Of a stretch of 42,739 nt of DNA, positions 34,180 to 41,986 are shown in pieces. The number at the start of each line of letters is the position of its first letter. Position 1 is the stretch's first letter. Made by a program: the position numbers and the translations under genes. Source of the stretch: Gaiellaceae bacterium (GTDB lineage: Bacteria; Actinomycetota; Thermoleophilia; Gaiellales; Gaiellaceae). The notes under the pieces are model-generated. The model was not told where the DNA came from. It did not search any database and saw only the letters and a program-made list of their open reading frames with translations. The stretch spans positions 1 to 42,739 of the forward strand of contig DASTHD010000056.1 of assembly GCA_035605555.1 (NCBI GenBank), in the 5' to 3' direction.

Positions 34180-34923
34180 GTGGAGGAGGCCCGCCGCCGC
34201 GGAGTCGAAACGCACGTGCTCGACTCCGAGGCGGACGACCCGGCCGAGCTCGCCCGCGCCGCCGAGGCCGACGCGCTCGGGATGGCGGGCGGGGACGGAT
34301 CCGTGGCGTCGATCGCGCAGGTTGCGATCGAGCGTCATCTCCCTTTCGTCTGCATCCCGTTCGGCACACGGAACCACTTCGCGCGGGACGTCGGCCTCGA
34401 CCGGAACGACCCGGTCGGCACGCTCGATGCGTTCGTCGACCGGCAGGAACGACGGATCGACGTCGGCCGCGCCGGCGACCGGCTCTTCCTGAACAACGTC
34501 TCCCTCGGCCTGTACGCCGACCTCGTCCATCGGCGCGAGCATCACCGGCGCCGCAGGGTCGCCAGGGCGCGGCTGCGCGCTCTGGCCGTCTTTGCACGCC
34601 ATCCACGCGGGATCGAGCTCGCGATCGACGGGCACCCGGTCGACGCCCAGATCGCATTCGTCGGGAACAACCGCTACAAGCTCGATCTCTTCTCGCTCGG
34701 GGAGCGCAAGCGGCTCGACGAGGGGAGGCTGCACCTCGCCCTCGCCCCAGGCTGGAATCCGGACGACTGGGAGGAGCGCTCGACCGAGCGCCTCACCATC
34801 GACACGCCGACCCGCCGCGTGAAGGCGGCGATCGACGGCGAGCCGGTCGAGCTCGAGACGCCGCTCGAGTTCAGGATCGAGCCGCTGGCGCTACGCGTGC
34901 TCGTACCGCGCGCGCCACGCTGA
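34180..34923 (+). CDS. Diacylglycerol/lipid kinase catalytic-domain protein (YegS/DgkB-like); true N-terminus probably upstream of 34180
   Basis: GGDGSV nucleotide motif and IPFGTRNHFARD are present. The conserved first strand LLINPRSG is encoded at 34129-34152, upstream of the first ATG/GTG/TTG. This lies in frame with, and directly after, the trxA TAG. Confidence 0.8.
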   Translation: MEEARRRGVETHVLDSEADDPAELARAAEADALGMAGGDGSVASIAQVAIERHLPFVCIPFGTRNHFARDVGLDRNDPVGTLDAFVDRQERRIDVGRAGDRLFLNNVSLGLYADLVHRREHHRRRRVARARLRALAVFARHPRGIELAIDGHPVDAQIAFVGNNRYKLDLFSLGERKRLDEGRLHLALAPGWNPDDWEERSTERLTIDTPTRRVKAAIDGEPVELETPLEFRIEPLALRVLVPRAPR

Positions 34924-35409
34924 GAGCACATCCTCGATGTGCCCGAAGGCCAGCTCGTCTGCGGGCACTTCGTCGGGAGCGAAGAACCGCAGCTCCGCGA
35001 CGTCGTCCGCCGGTTCCGGCGTGCCGCTGGCGATCCGTGCCGCGTAGTAGACGTTGAAGGTGAAGACCGTTCGGCGCTTGTACTCGTACTGGTCGATCCA
35101 GATCCCGATGAGCTCCTCGTCGCGGAGCCCGATCCCCGCCTCCTCCCGGAGCTCCCGCCGCAGCGAGTCGAGGGGATGCTCACCCTCCTCGACGAACCCG
35201 CCGGGCAAGTCCCACTTCCCGGCCTGCGGATCGGCGGCACGGCGGCTGAGCATCACGCGCCCCTCGTCGTCGGAGACCACGGCCGACGAGGTCGGCATCG
35301 AGTGCGCGTAGGCGACGAACCCACAGTTCGGGCACTCCACCTTCCCGCCCTCCGGACGGACGTCCGTCGCGCACACCGGGCAGTGCTTCCAGCCGTCGAG
35401 CTCCCCCAC
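34891..35409 (-). CDS. NUDIX hydrolase with an N-terminal zinc ribbon
   Basis: Zinc ribbon CPVC...CPNC, and Nudix box GGFVEEGEHPLDSLRRELREEAGI. The start is taken as GTG 35409; TTG 35418 and TTG 35421 are alternatives. Confidence 0.8.
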   Translation of the reverse strand: MGELDGWKHCPVCATDVRPEGGKVECPNCGFVAYAHSMPTSSAVVSDDEGRVMLSRRAADPQAGKWDLPGGFVEEGEHPLDSLRRELREEAGIGLRDEELIGIWIDQYEYKRRTVFTFNVYYAARIASGTPEPADDVAELRFFAPDEVPADELAFGHIEDVLSAWRARYEHA

Positions 35410-35428
35410 CGCCCGCAACAATAGGGGC

Positions 35429-35803
35429 GTGCCGCGCCACGTTCCCGCTTCGGTGACCGAGCTTTCGCGGATCGGGCTCCTCTCCTCGCTTCCCGGCGAG
35501 CTGCTGATCAAGCTCGCCGGCCGGATGCAGCGCGAGGAGTTCGAGCCGGGGAACTCGATCGTCACCGAGGGCGAGGAGGGCGACCGCCTCTACTTCGTCC
35601 TCAGCGGCCTTCTCGCGGTGACGCAGGAGGGCCGCGGGCCCCGCCGGATGCTGAAGCCGGGCGACTACTTCGGGGAGGTTGCGCTCGCCATGGACGTTCC
35701 GCGAACCGCGACTGTCTTCCCGGTCACGCCGGTCGTGCTCGCGAGCTGCGACCGCGAGACGTTCGACGAGTTCATCCGCCCGCTCTTCGCTGACGAGAAC
35801 TAG
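35429..35803 (+). CDS. Stand-alone cyclic-nucleotide-binding domain protein (second copy)
   Basis: 124 aa with LLSSLPGELLIKLA...GDYFGEVALAMDVPRTATVF. No output domain. Confidence 0.8.
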   Translation: MPRHVPASVTELSRIGLLSSLPGELLIKLAGRMQREEFEPGNSIVTEGEEGDRLYFVLSGLLAVTQEGRGPRRMLKPGDYFGEVALAMDVPRTATVFPVTPVVLASCDRETFDEFIRPLFADEN

Positions 35804-35832
35804 CTCTGCGCCCCGTTCGGGGGATAGCAGAG
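35804..35832 (+). terminator. GC-rich hairpin CTCTGCGCCCC-GTTC-GGGGGATAGCAGAG immediately after the cNMP-binding gene stop
   Basis: Outer stem CTCTGC/GCAGAG and inner stem CCCC/GGGG are seen in the sequence. There is no U-tract, which is common in high-GC actinobacteria. Confidence 0.4.
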
Positions 35833-35868
35833 GCAGGAAACCCGCCGACCTTCTACGAAGAAGCGCTC

Positions 35869-37218
35869 TTGCCGCACGCCGCAGCACGGATACCGGTTTA
35901 TCGAGGCGAGTTCGGCCCGGTCGAAGCCGAGCGCCTGCTCTGGCGTGCCGGCTTCGGCCCGCGGCGGGGGCAGTCGCGCGCGCTCGCCCGGAAAGGGCTC
36001 GACGGCGCCGTCAAGTCACTGACCGCGCCCGGCCGCGGGCGCATGGTCGGCCCGAAGCCCCGCGACGACAAGGGCCGCCCGCTGGCCCCGCGCGATGCCT
36101 GGGGCCACGACCACCTCTGGTGGCTCGACCGGATGGTGCGCAGCAACCGGCCGCTCGTCGAGCGCATGACCCTCATCTGGCACGACTGGTTCGCGACGTC
36201 GAACGACGGCGTCGGCTCGCAGACGCTGATGCTCCGCCAGAACGCCCTCTTCCGCCGCTACTGGCTCGGCTCCTTCGAGCACCTGCTGCTGGCGGTGACC
36301 AAGGACCCGGCGATGCTGCTCTGGCTTTCCGGGACGGACAACTCGAAGTGGTCGCCGAACGAGAACTACGCGCGGGAGCTGATGGAGCTCTTCACGCTCG
36401 GCGCGGGACGCGGCTACACCGAGCGCGACGTGCGTGAGCAGGCGCGGGCATTGACCGGCTTCCGTAACGACTGGCACAGGAACGTCGGCCCGACGAACTT
36501 CCGTTTCGACCGCGAGCGACACGACGTCGGCGTGAAGCGGATCTTCGGCAAGCGGGGCAAGTTCGACTGGCGCGACTCGTGCCGGCTGTGCCTCCACCAC
36601 GGAAACCACCCGTCCTTCTTCGTCCAGAAGCTCTGGAGCTACTTCATTCCGGTCGCGCCACCACGGTCGACGCAGAAGGCGCTCGAGCATCTCTACGTCA
36701 GCAGGGACTACGCCGTCCGGCCGGTGGTCGAGGCGATCCTCAAGCACCCCCTGCTCTACAACGGCCCGCGAATGGTGAAGCCGCCGATAGTCCTCACCGC
36801 GGGCCTGCTCAGGGCGTCAAGACGCGGAATCGACAGCGAGTCGTGGACCTGGCTCTGCGCCAATGCCGGCCAGCAGCTCTTCTTCCCGCCGAACGTCGCC
36901 GGCTGGAACGACGAGCGCTGGCTCGACACCGCCTCCTACCTTGCTCGCTGGGACATCGCCGGACGCGTCACTCGGCCGGCGATCCTCGACCCGGGCAAAG
37001 TGCACGCGCCGTTCGACGCGGACAAGCTCGTCGACCGCGCTCTCCGCTTCTGGGGCAACCCGTCGATCTCGCCGAAGACGAGACGCGTCCTCCGCGCGTA
37101 CACGAAGCGGGCGATGCGCACCGCGAACCAGGAGTGGAAGCGGAAGAGCTACCCGCCGCTGATCGAGAACTCCCTCCGCCACCTGATCGCCGTCTCCCCC
37201 GACCTTCAGACCTCCTGA
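35869..37218 (+). CDS. DUF1800-family protein
   Basis: 449 aa with a TTG start. Family hallmarks LIWHDWFATSN and NENYARELMELFTLGAGRGYTERDV..ARALTGF are present. Confidence 0.85.
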   Translation: MPHAAARIPVYRGEFGPVEAERLLWRAGFGPRRGQSRALARKGLDGAVKSLTAPGRGRMVGPKPRDDKGRPLAPRDAWGHDHLWWLDRMVRSNRPLVERMTLIWHDWFATSNDGVGSQTLMLRQNALFRRYWLGSFEHLLLAVTKDPAMLLWLSGTDNSKWSPNENYARELMELFTLGAGRGYTERDVREQARALTGFRNDWHRNVGPTNFRFDRERHDVGVKRIFGKRGKFDWRDSCRLCLHHGNHPSFFVQKLWSYFIPVAPPRSTQKALEHLYVSRDYAVRPVVEAILKHPLLYNGPRMVKPPIVLTAGLLRASRRGIDSESWTWLCANAGQQLFFPPNVAGWNDERWLDTASYLARWDIAGRVTRPAILDPGKVHAPFDADKLVDRALRFWGNPSISPKTRRVLRAYTKRAMRTANQEWKRKSYPPLIENSLRHLIAVSPDLQTS

Positions 37219-37221
37219 GCC

Positions 37222-38610
37222 ATGGCCAGCTGCTGTAACGAGTTCTCGCGCTCCTCCCTCGTGCGCGGCGCCGTCGCCGAGGCGGCCTCGGGTCTACCCG
37301 CGATCGAGCCGGGGATGCCGCTGCCGGCCGGCACCGGCCTCGACCGGCGCTCGTTCGTCCTCCGATCCGCGGGCCTCGCGCTCGCCGTCTACGGCGCCGG
37401 GGCGCTGGAGCTGCCGCTCTATGAGGACGGGGTGCTCGCCGCGGCCGAGGCGGCGCCGAACCAACCAGTGCTCGTCTCGCTCTTCCTCGACGGCGGCGCC
37501 GACTCGCTCTCCCTGCTCGCGCCCGTCGGCGACCCCGACTACAAGAAGCTCCGCCCGAAGCTCGCGCTTCCCGATTCGGGCCTCGCCTTCACCGAGGATC
37601 CGCGCCTGCGCTGGCACCCGTCGGCCGCCTCGCTCAGGACGCTCCACCTCGAGGGCAAGCTGACCGTGCTGCCGACGGTCGGCTACACCGACGCCGACCA
37701 GTCGCACTTCACATCTCGGCATTACTGGGAGGTCGGCGCGACGAACGCCGGCCTGCGCACCGGCTGGCTCGGTCGGTACCTCGACAAGGCGGGCCGACCG
37801 GACAACCCGCTCCAGGGCCTGAGCCTGGACGGCGAGCTCTCGCCGACGATCGCGACGAAGAAGGCGCCGGTCGCCGCGCTGCGCGGGGCCGACCAGTACT
37901 CGTACTGGGCGCCGGGCGTGTGGGGCGATGTCGAGCGCGAGATGTTGGCGACCCTGGCGCCGCTCGGGCGCGCCAGGGGCGCGCGCGACAAGGCGCTCGC
38001 GTCGCTGGCGAACACCGCCACTCAGGCGAGCCGGCTCCGCAACCAGCTGAGCGTCTTCACCTCGAAGCCGGGCGGAAGCAACAGGTTCGGGAGCCCGGTG
38101 CCCTATCCGCAGCACCGCAGCAGCTTCCCGGATCGGCTCGCCGGCCTCGCGGCGATGCTCGCGGCCGGGCTTCCGCTCCGCTGCGTCGCGCTCCGCGCCT
38201 ACGGCATGTACGACACGCACGCGGACCAGCCCGACTCGCTGGCGCAAGGCCTCAAGCTCACGAGCGAGACGCTGCTCGCTTTCCAGCGCGACCTGGAAGC
38301 GCGCGGCCTGGCCGACCGCGTCCTTACGCTCGTGTGGTCGGAGTTCGGCCGCCGCGGCGAAGAGAACGGGTCGCTCGGCACCGATCACGGCGCCGCCGGC
38401 GTCTCGCTGCTGATGGGGACACGGGCGCGTGGCCAGATGGTCGGCGAGCTGCCGCAGCTCCACAACGCACTCGACCGAAACGGGAACCTCAAGGCGACGG
38501 TCGACTTCCGCAGCATCTACACCTCGTTGCTCGAGCAGTGGTTCGACTTCGATGCCGCCGCGGCGATCCCCAACGCGCGGGCCTACCGGCGCCTGCAGCT
38601 CGTCAAGTGA
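37222..38610 (+). CDS. DUF1501-family protein (sulfatase/alkaline-phosphatase-like fold) with a twin-arginine signal
   Basis: 462 aa, starting 3 nt after the DUF1800 stop. Tat motif DRRSFVLRSAGLALAVYGAGA is present. GGADSLS, DTHADQ and GTDHGAAG match metal-site-like blocks of the family. An alternative start is ATG 37315. Confidence 0.88.
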   Translation: MASCCNEFSRSSLVRGAVAEAASGLPAIEPGMPLPAGTGLDRRSFVLRSAGLALAVYGAGALELPLYEDGVLAAAEAAPNQPVLVSLFLDGGADSLSLLAPVGDPDYKKLRPKLALPDSGLAFTEDPRLRWHPSAASLRTLHLEGKLTVLPTVGYTDADQSHFTSRHYWEVGATNAGLRTGWLGRYLDKAGRPDNPLQGLSLDGELSPTIATKKAPVAALRGADQYSYWAPGVWGDVEREMLATLAPLGRARGARDKALASLANTATQASRLRNQLSVFTSKPGGSNRFGSPVPYPQHRSSFPDRLAGLAAMLAAGLPLRCVALRAYGMYDTHADQPDSLAQGLKLTSETLLAFQRDLEARGLADRVLTLVWSEFGRRGEENGSLGTDHGAAGVSLLMGTRARGQMVGELPQLHNALDRNGNLKATVDFRSIYTSLLEQWFDFDAAAAIPNARAYRRLQLVK

Positions 38611-38969
38611 GAGCGTTGCTCGTCCTCGCCGTCTCGGCAGCCGCGGTCGTTGTCGCCGCCTCTCCCCTCTTCGGCGCGCGAACTCCGTCCCGCGTGCAGG
38701 TGACCGCGCTCGAGTTCGAATACCGGCTTTCCCGCCTGTCCGTCAGGCAGGGGCCCGCGCTGATCGAGCTCGTCAACTACGGCGAGGACGAGCACGACCT
38801 CGTGCTCCGGCGCGTCGGCGGCACGAGGACCTATCGGCTTCGGAAGATCCTGCCGGGGCAGCGGGCGACGCTCGCTCTGAGGCTGCGTCCGGGGGTCTAC
38901 CGTCTCCACTGCGCCGTGGCCGACCACGCCGGGCGCGGCATGCGCGCGACGCTCAGGGTCCGGCGCTAG
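38607..38969 (+). CDS. Signal-anchored cupredoxin-like (type-1 copper) domain protein
   Basis: Hand-delimited inside the 37920..38969 track ORF. GTG 38607 overlaps the DUF1501 stop (GTGA). Sequence: VRALLVLAVSAAAVVVAASPLFGA...VQVTALEFEYRLS...LVNYGEDEHDLVL...PGVYRLHCAVADHAGRGMRATLRV. Candidate ligand pattern is H...C-x4-H-x4-M. Confidence 0.7.
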   Translation: MRALLVLAVSAAAVVVAASPLFGARTPSRVQVTALEFEYRLSRLSVRQGPALIELVNYGEDEHDLVLRRVGGTRTYRLRKILPGQRATLALRLRPGVYRLHCAVADHAGRGMRATLRVRR

Positions 38970-39819
38970 CTTCCGCGTAGACAGCGTCGGAGAGGCGCGG
39001 CCACGCCTCCTTCGCCCAGTCGCCGAAGCCAAGGTCGGTGAGGACGCCGAGCGCGAGGTCAGCCTCCGGGTCGACCCACAGGTACGTTCCAGAGCCGCCC
39101 CAGTGACCGAAGGTACGGGGCGAGGTGTGCGTGCCGGAGAAGTGCCCTGGCTTCTCGTCGCGGAGCTCGAGCCCGAGGCCCCAGTCGTTCGGATCGAAGC
39201 GGCCCAGGTCCGGAATCACGCCGGCGAGGCCGGGGAACTGCACCGACCTGGCCTCGGCGAGCGTTTCCGGCGCGATCAGGGTCGGCCGCTGGAGCTCCTG
39301 GCCGAGGCGCAGGAGGTCGCCGAGGCTGCCGGCGAGCCCCGAGCCGGGACGGCCCTTCCCCAGCTCCCCACGCAGGCCGAGCGGCGCCAGCACGGCCTGA
39401 CGCAGGTAGTCGGCGTACGGCATTTCCGCGCGCTCCGCCACGAGCTCGCCGAGCACGTCGAAGCCGCTGTTCGAGTACGTCCGGCGCTTTCCGGGCGGGC
39501 CGATCGGCTCCCGACCCTCGAAGGGCAGGCCCGAGGCGTGCGCCAGCAGATGGCGGACGGTCGACCCGGGAGGCCCGGCCGGCTCGTCGAGGTCGAGAAT
39601 CCCCTCCTCCGCCGCGACGAGCACCGCCAGCGCCGTCACGGGCTTCGTCACGGAGGCCCAGCCGAACTCCCGGTCGGTGGCGCCGCGGGTCGCGACAGTC
39701 TCGCCGCCGTGGAGCACGCCGGCCGCAGCATGTTCGGCCGGCCACCCGTCGATCTGACGCAGTGCTTCCACGGCGGCGGATACTAGGCGCGTGCCCAGGC
39801 GACTCATCTCCTCCGCCAT
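38953..39819 (-). CDS. Serine hydrolase, beta-lactamase/DD-peptidase (class C-like) family
   Basis: 288 aa with SxxK (WASVTKPVTA) and YxN (TYSNSG). An alternative start is ATG 39807. Confidence 0.85.
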   Translation of the reverse strand: MAEEMSRLGTRLVSAAVEALRQIDGWPAEHAAAGVLHGGETVATRGATDREFGWASVTKPVTALAVLVAAEEGILDLDEPAGPPGSTVRHLLAHASGLPFEGREPIGPPGKRRTYSNSGFDVLGELVAERAEMPYADYLRQAVLAPLGLRGELGKGRPGSGLAGSLGDLLRLGQELQRPTLIAPETLAEARSVQFPGLAGVIPDLGRFDPNDWGLGLELRDEKPGHFSGTHTSPRTFGHWGGSGTYLWVDPEADLALGVLTDLGFGDWAKEAWPRLSDAVYAEASAGP

Positions 39820-40177
39820 GCCCCTCGAGCGGACCTTCGGCTACTCGCGGGCGGTCGTCGTCGGGGAGCGCATCTTCGTCTCCGGAACGGCGCCCGTGAT
39901 GCCGGACGGCGCCGACCCGCCGTCCGACGCCTACAGCCAGGCGCGCCGCTGCCTCGAGATCGTCCTGGCGGCGCTGGGCGAGGCCGGGGCAGGGCCCGAG
40001 CACGTGGTGCGGACGCGGCTCTATCTCACTCGAGCCGAAGACATCGAGGAAGTCGGACGGGCGCACGGAGAGGTCTTCGGCGAGATCAGGCCGACGACCA
40101 CGGGTGTGATCGTCAGCGGCCTCTTCGACCCTCGCTGGCTGGTCGAAATCGAGGCCGACGCGATAATCGGCTCATGA
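39791..40177 (+). CDS. ridA: RidA/YjgF/UK114 family protein
   Basis: FGYSRAVVVGERIFVSGT...RTRLYLT...VEIEADA. The likely start is ATG 39818 (MPLERTF...), which shares CATG with the divergent hydrolase start. Confidence 0.85.
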   Translation: MPRRLISSAMPLERTFGYSRAVVVGERIFVSGTAPVMPDGADPPSDAYSQARRCLEIVLAALGEAGAGPEHVVRTRLYLTRAEDIEEVGRAHGEVFGEIRPTTTGVIVSGLFDPRWLVEIEADAIIGS

Positions 40178-41370
40178 AACAGGCCTGGCCGTCATCGATC
40201 ACGGGCACCGGGCTCGGTCCTGCCGGCAGCGTGCTGGATCACGCCTTCGGCCGCGGCGAGCCGTACACGCTCGGCGTGGAGGAGGAGTACATGCTCCTCG
40301 ACCCGGAGTCGTTCGACCTCGTCCAGCGGATCGACACCGTCCTGGCCGCCTTCGTCGGGCACGAGGACGAGGCCCGGATGAAGCCGGAGCTGATGCAGTC
40401 CGTGCTCGAGGTGGCGACCCCGGTCTGCAGGACGGCGGGCGAGGCCGACCGCGAGCTCCGCAAGCTGCGGACGGGTGTCAGGGAGATCGCGGGAGGCGCG
40501 GGCCTGCGCGTGGGCTCGGCGGGGACCCATCCCTTCAGCCTCTTCGAACGCCAGCGGATCACGGCGCGGGACCGCTACCGGGCGCTCGTCGACCAGATGC
40601 AGTACGTGGCGCGCCGCGAGCTGATCTTCGGCCTGCACGTCCACGTCGCCGTCGACGACCCGGACAAGGCGATCGGCGTCGTCAACGGCGTGCTCGTCGA
40701 CCTTCCGCTGCTCCTCGCCCTCTCCGCCAGCTCGCCGTTCTGGCGCGGCGAGCCGACCGGCCTGGCTTCGACGCGGCAGCCGATCTTCGCCGCGTTCCCG
40801 CGGTCGGGACCGCCGCCGCGCTTCCGCGACTACGAGGACTACGCCGAGGTGATCGGCTGGCTCGAGCACACCGGCTGCATCGCGGACTACACCCACATCT
40901 GGTGGGACATCCGGCCACACCCGAAGCTGGGCACGGTCGAGATCCGGATCTGCGACAGCGTCACCCGCGTCGAGGACGCGGTCGCGATCGCGGCCTTCTG
41001 TCAGGCGCTCGTGAAGTACTACTGCGAGCTCTACGAGGAGCAGGGTGACGTGCCGAGCTACCACCGGATCCTCACCACGGAGAACAAGTGGCTGTCGGTC
41101 CGGTACGGGCTCGAGGCGCCGGTCATGGATCTCGCGACGGGCCGCCGGAACCGCGTCGCCGTCGCCCAGCTCGTGCGGCGGCGGCTGAAGGACCTGGAGC
41201 CACACGCAAAGGAGCTCGGCTCCGAGCGCGAACTGGAAGGGATCGTGGAGATCCTTCGACGTGGCAACGGCGCCGAACGCCAGCTGCGCGTCTACAACGC
41301 GAACAAGGACATCGTCGAGGTCGCGCGCGAGATCGCCGACGCCACCGAGGCTGCGGCCGGGACGGGCTGA
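40174..41370 (+). CDS. ybdK: Carboxylate-amine ligase, YbdK / glutamate-cysteine ligase family 2
   Basis: 398 aa with TLGVEEEYMLLDPESFDL, GTHPF, FGLHVHV and WWDIRPHP. The start overlaps the ridA stop (ATGA). Confidence 0.9.
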   Translation: MKQAWPSSITGTGLGPAGSVLDHAFGRGEPYTLGVEEEYMLLDPESFDLVQRIDTVLAAFVGHEDEARMKPELMQSVLEVATPVCRTAGEADRELRKLRTGVREIAGGAGLRVGSAGTHPFSLFERQRITARDRYRALVDQMQYVARRELIFGLHVHVAVDDPDKAIGVVNGVLVDLPLLLALSASSPFWRGEPTGLASTRQPIFAAFPRSGPPPRFRDYEDYAEVIGWLEHTGCIADYTHIWWDIRPHPKLGTVEIRICDSVTRVEDAVAIAAFCQALVKYYCELYEEQGDVPSYHRILTTENKWLSVRYGLEAPVMDLATGRRNRVAVAQLVRRRLKDLEPHAKELGSERELEGIVEILRRGNGAERQLRVYNANKDIVEVAREIADATEAAAGTG

Positions 41371-41449
41371 CATGGGACCGGAACCGGCCTCGCGGTCGTA
41401 TTCCGACGATGGACCTCAGCAGGGTCGCCGCTCGTATGGAAGGCGCGCG

Positions 41450-41986
41450 ATGGCCGGCTTGCGAGGCGAGGAGCGCGCCTGGGTCCGCGGTGCGCAGGCG
41501 GGCTCGCTCTCCGATCTGGAGGCTCTCTTCCGGGAGCACTGGCCGCGCGCCCACCGCGCCGCCTACCTCGTCGTCCACGACGCCGCCGCAGCCGAGGACA
41601 TCGCGCAGGAGGCGTTTCTCGCAGCGATCAGGTCGCTGGACCGCTTCGACCGCCGGCGGCCCTTCGGCCCCTGGCTGCACCGGATCGTCGTCAACCGGGC
41701 GATCGACTGGGCCCGCTCGCGGGCGCTGCGGGCTGAGGTCGGCGACGGCGCTCTGGCGGCGGTGTCGGACGGTGAGCGTTCGACCCCCGGCTTCTCGCCG
41801 GCCGTGGTCGCGGCACTCGCGGGGCTCGCCCCTGAGCAGCGCGCGGTGATCGTGTTGCGCCACCTGCTCGAGTACACCCCCGGTGAGGTCGCCGACCTGC
41901 TCGAGCTCCCCCGCGGGACGGTGAACTCGCGGCTGCGGCGCGCACTCGACGACCTGGCCGACCGGCTGGAGGGCGAGCGATTGTGA
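41450..41986 (+). CDS. ECF-type RNA polymerase sigma-70 family factor
   Basis: Region 2 (DIAQEAFLAAIRSLDRFD...FGPWLHRIVVNRAIDW) and region 4 HTH (TPGEVADLLELPRGTVNSRLRRA) are present. Start is ATG 41450 (178 aa), or ATG 41372 just after the ybdK stop. Confidence 0.85.
   Translation: MAGLRGEERAWVRGAQAGSLSDLEALFREHWPRAHRAAYLVVHDAAAAEDIAQEAFLAAIRSLDRFDRRRPFGPWLHRIVVNRAIDWARSRALRAEVGDGALAAVSDGERSTPGFSPAVVAALAGLAPEQRAVIVLRHLLEYTPGEVADLLELPRGTVNSRLRRALDDLADRLEGERL

Noticed and set aside
33697-34734. 346-codon N-terminal extension of the ileS track ORF (1368 aa)
   Set aside because: The extension is antisense to trxA and the lipid kinase and has no IleRS similarity. Canonical IleRS N-terminal sequence begins at ATG 33696.
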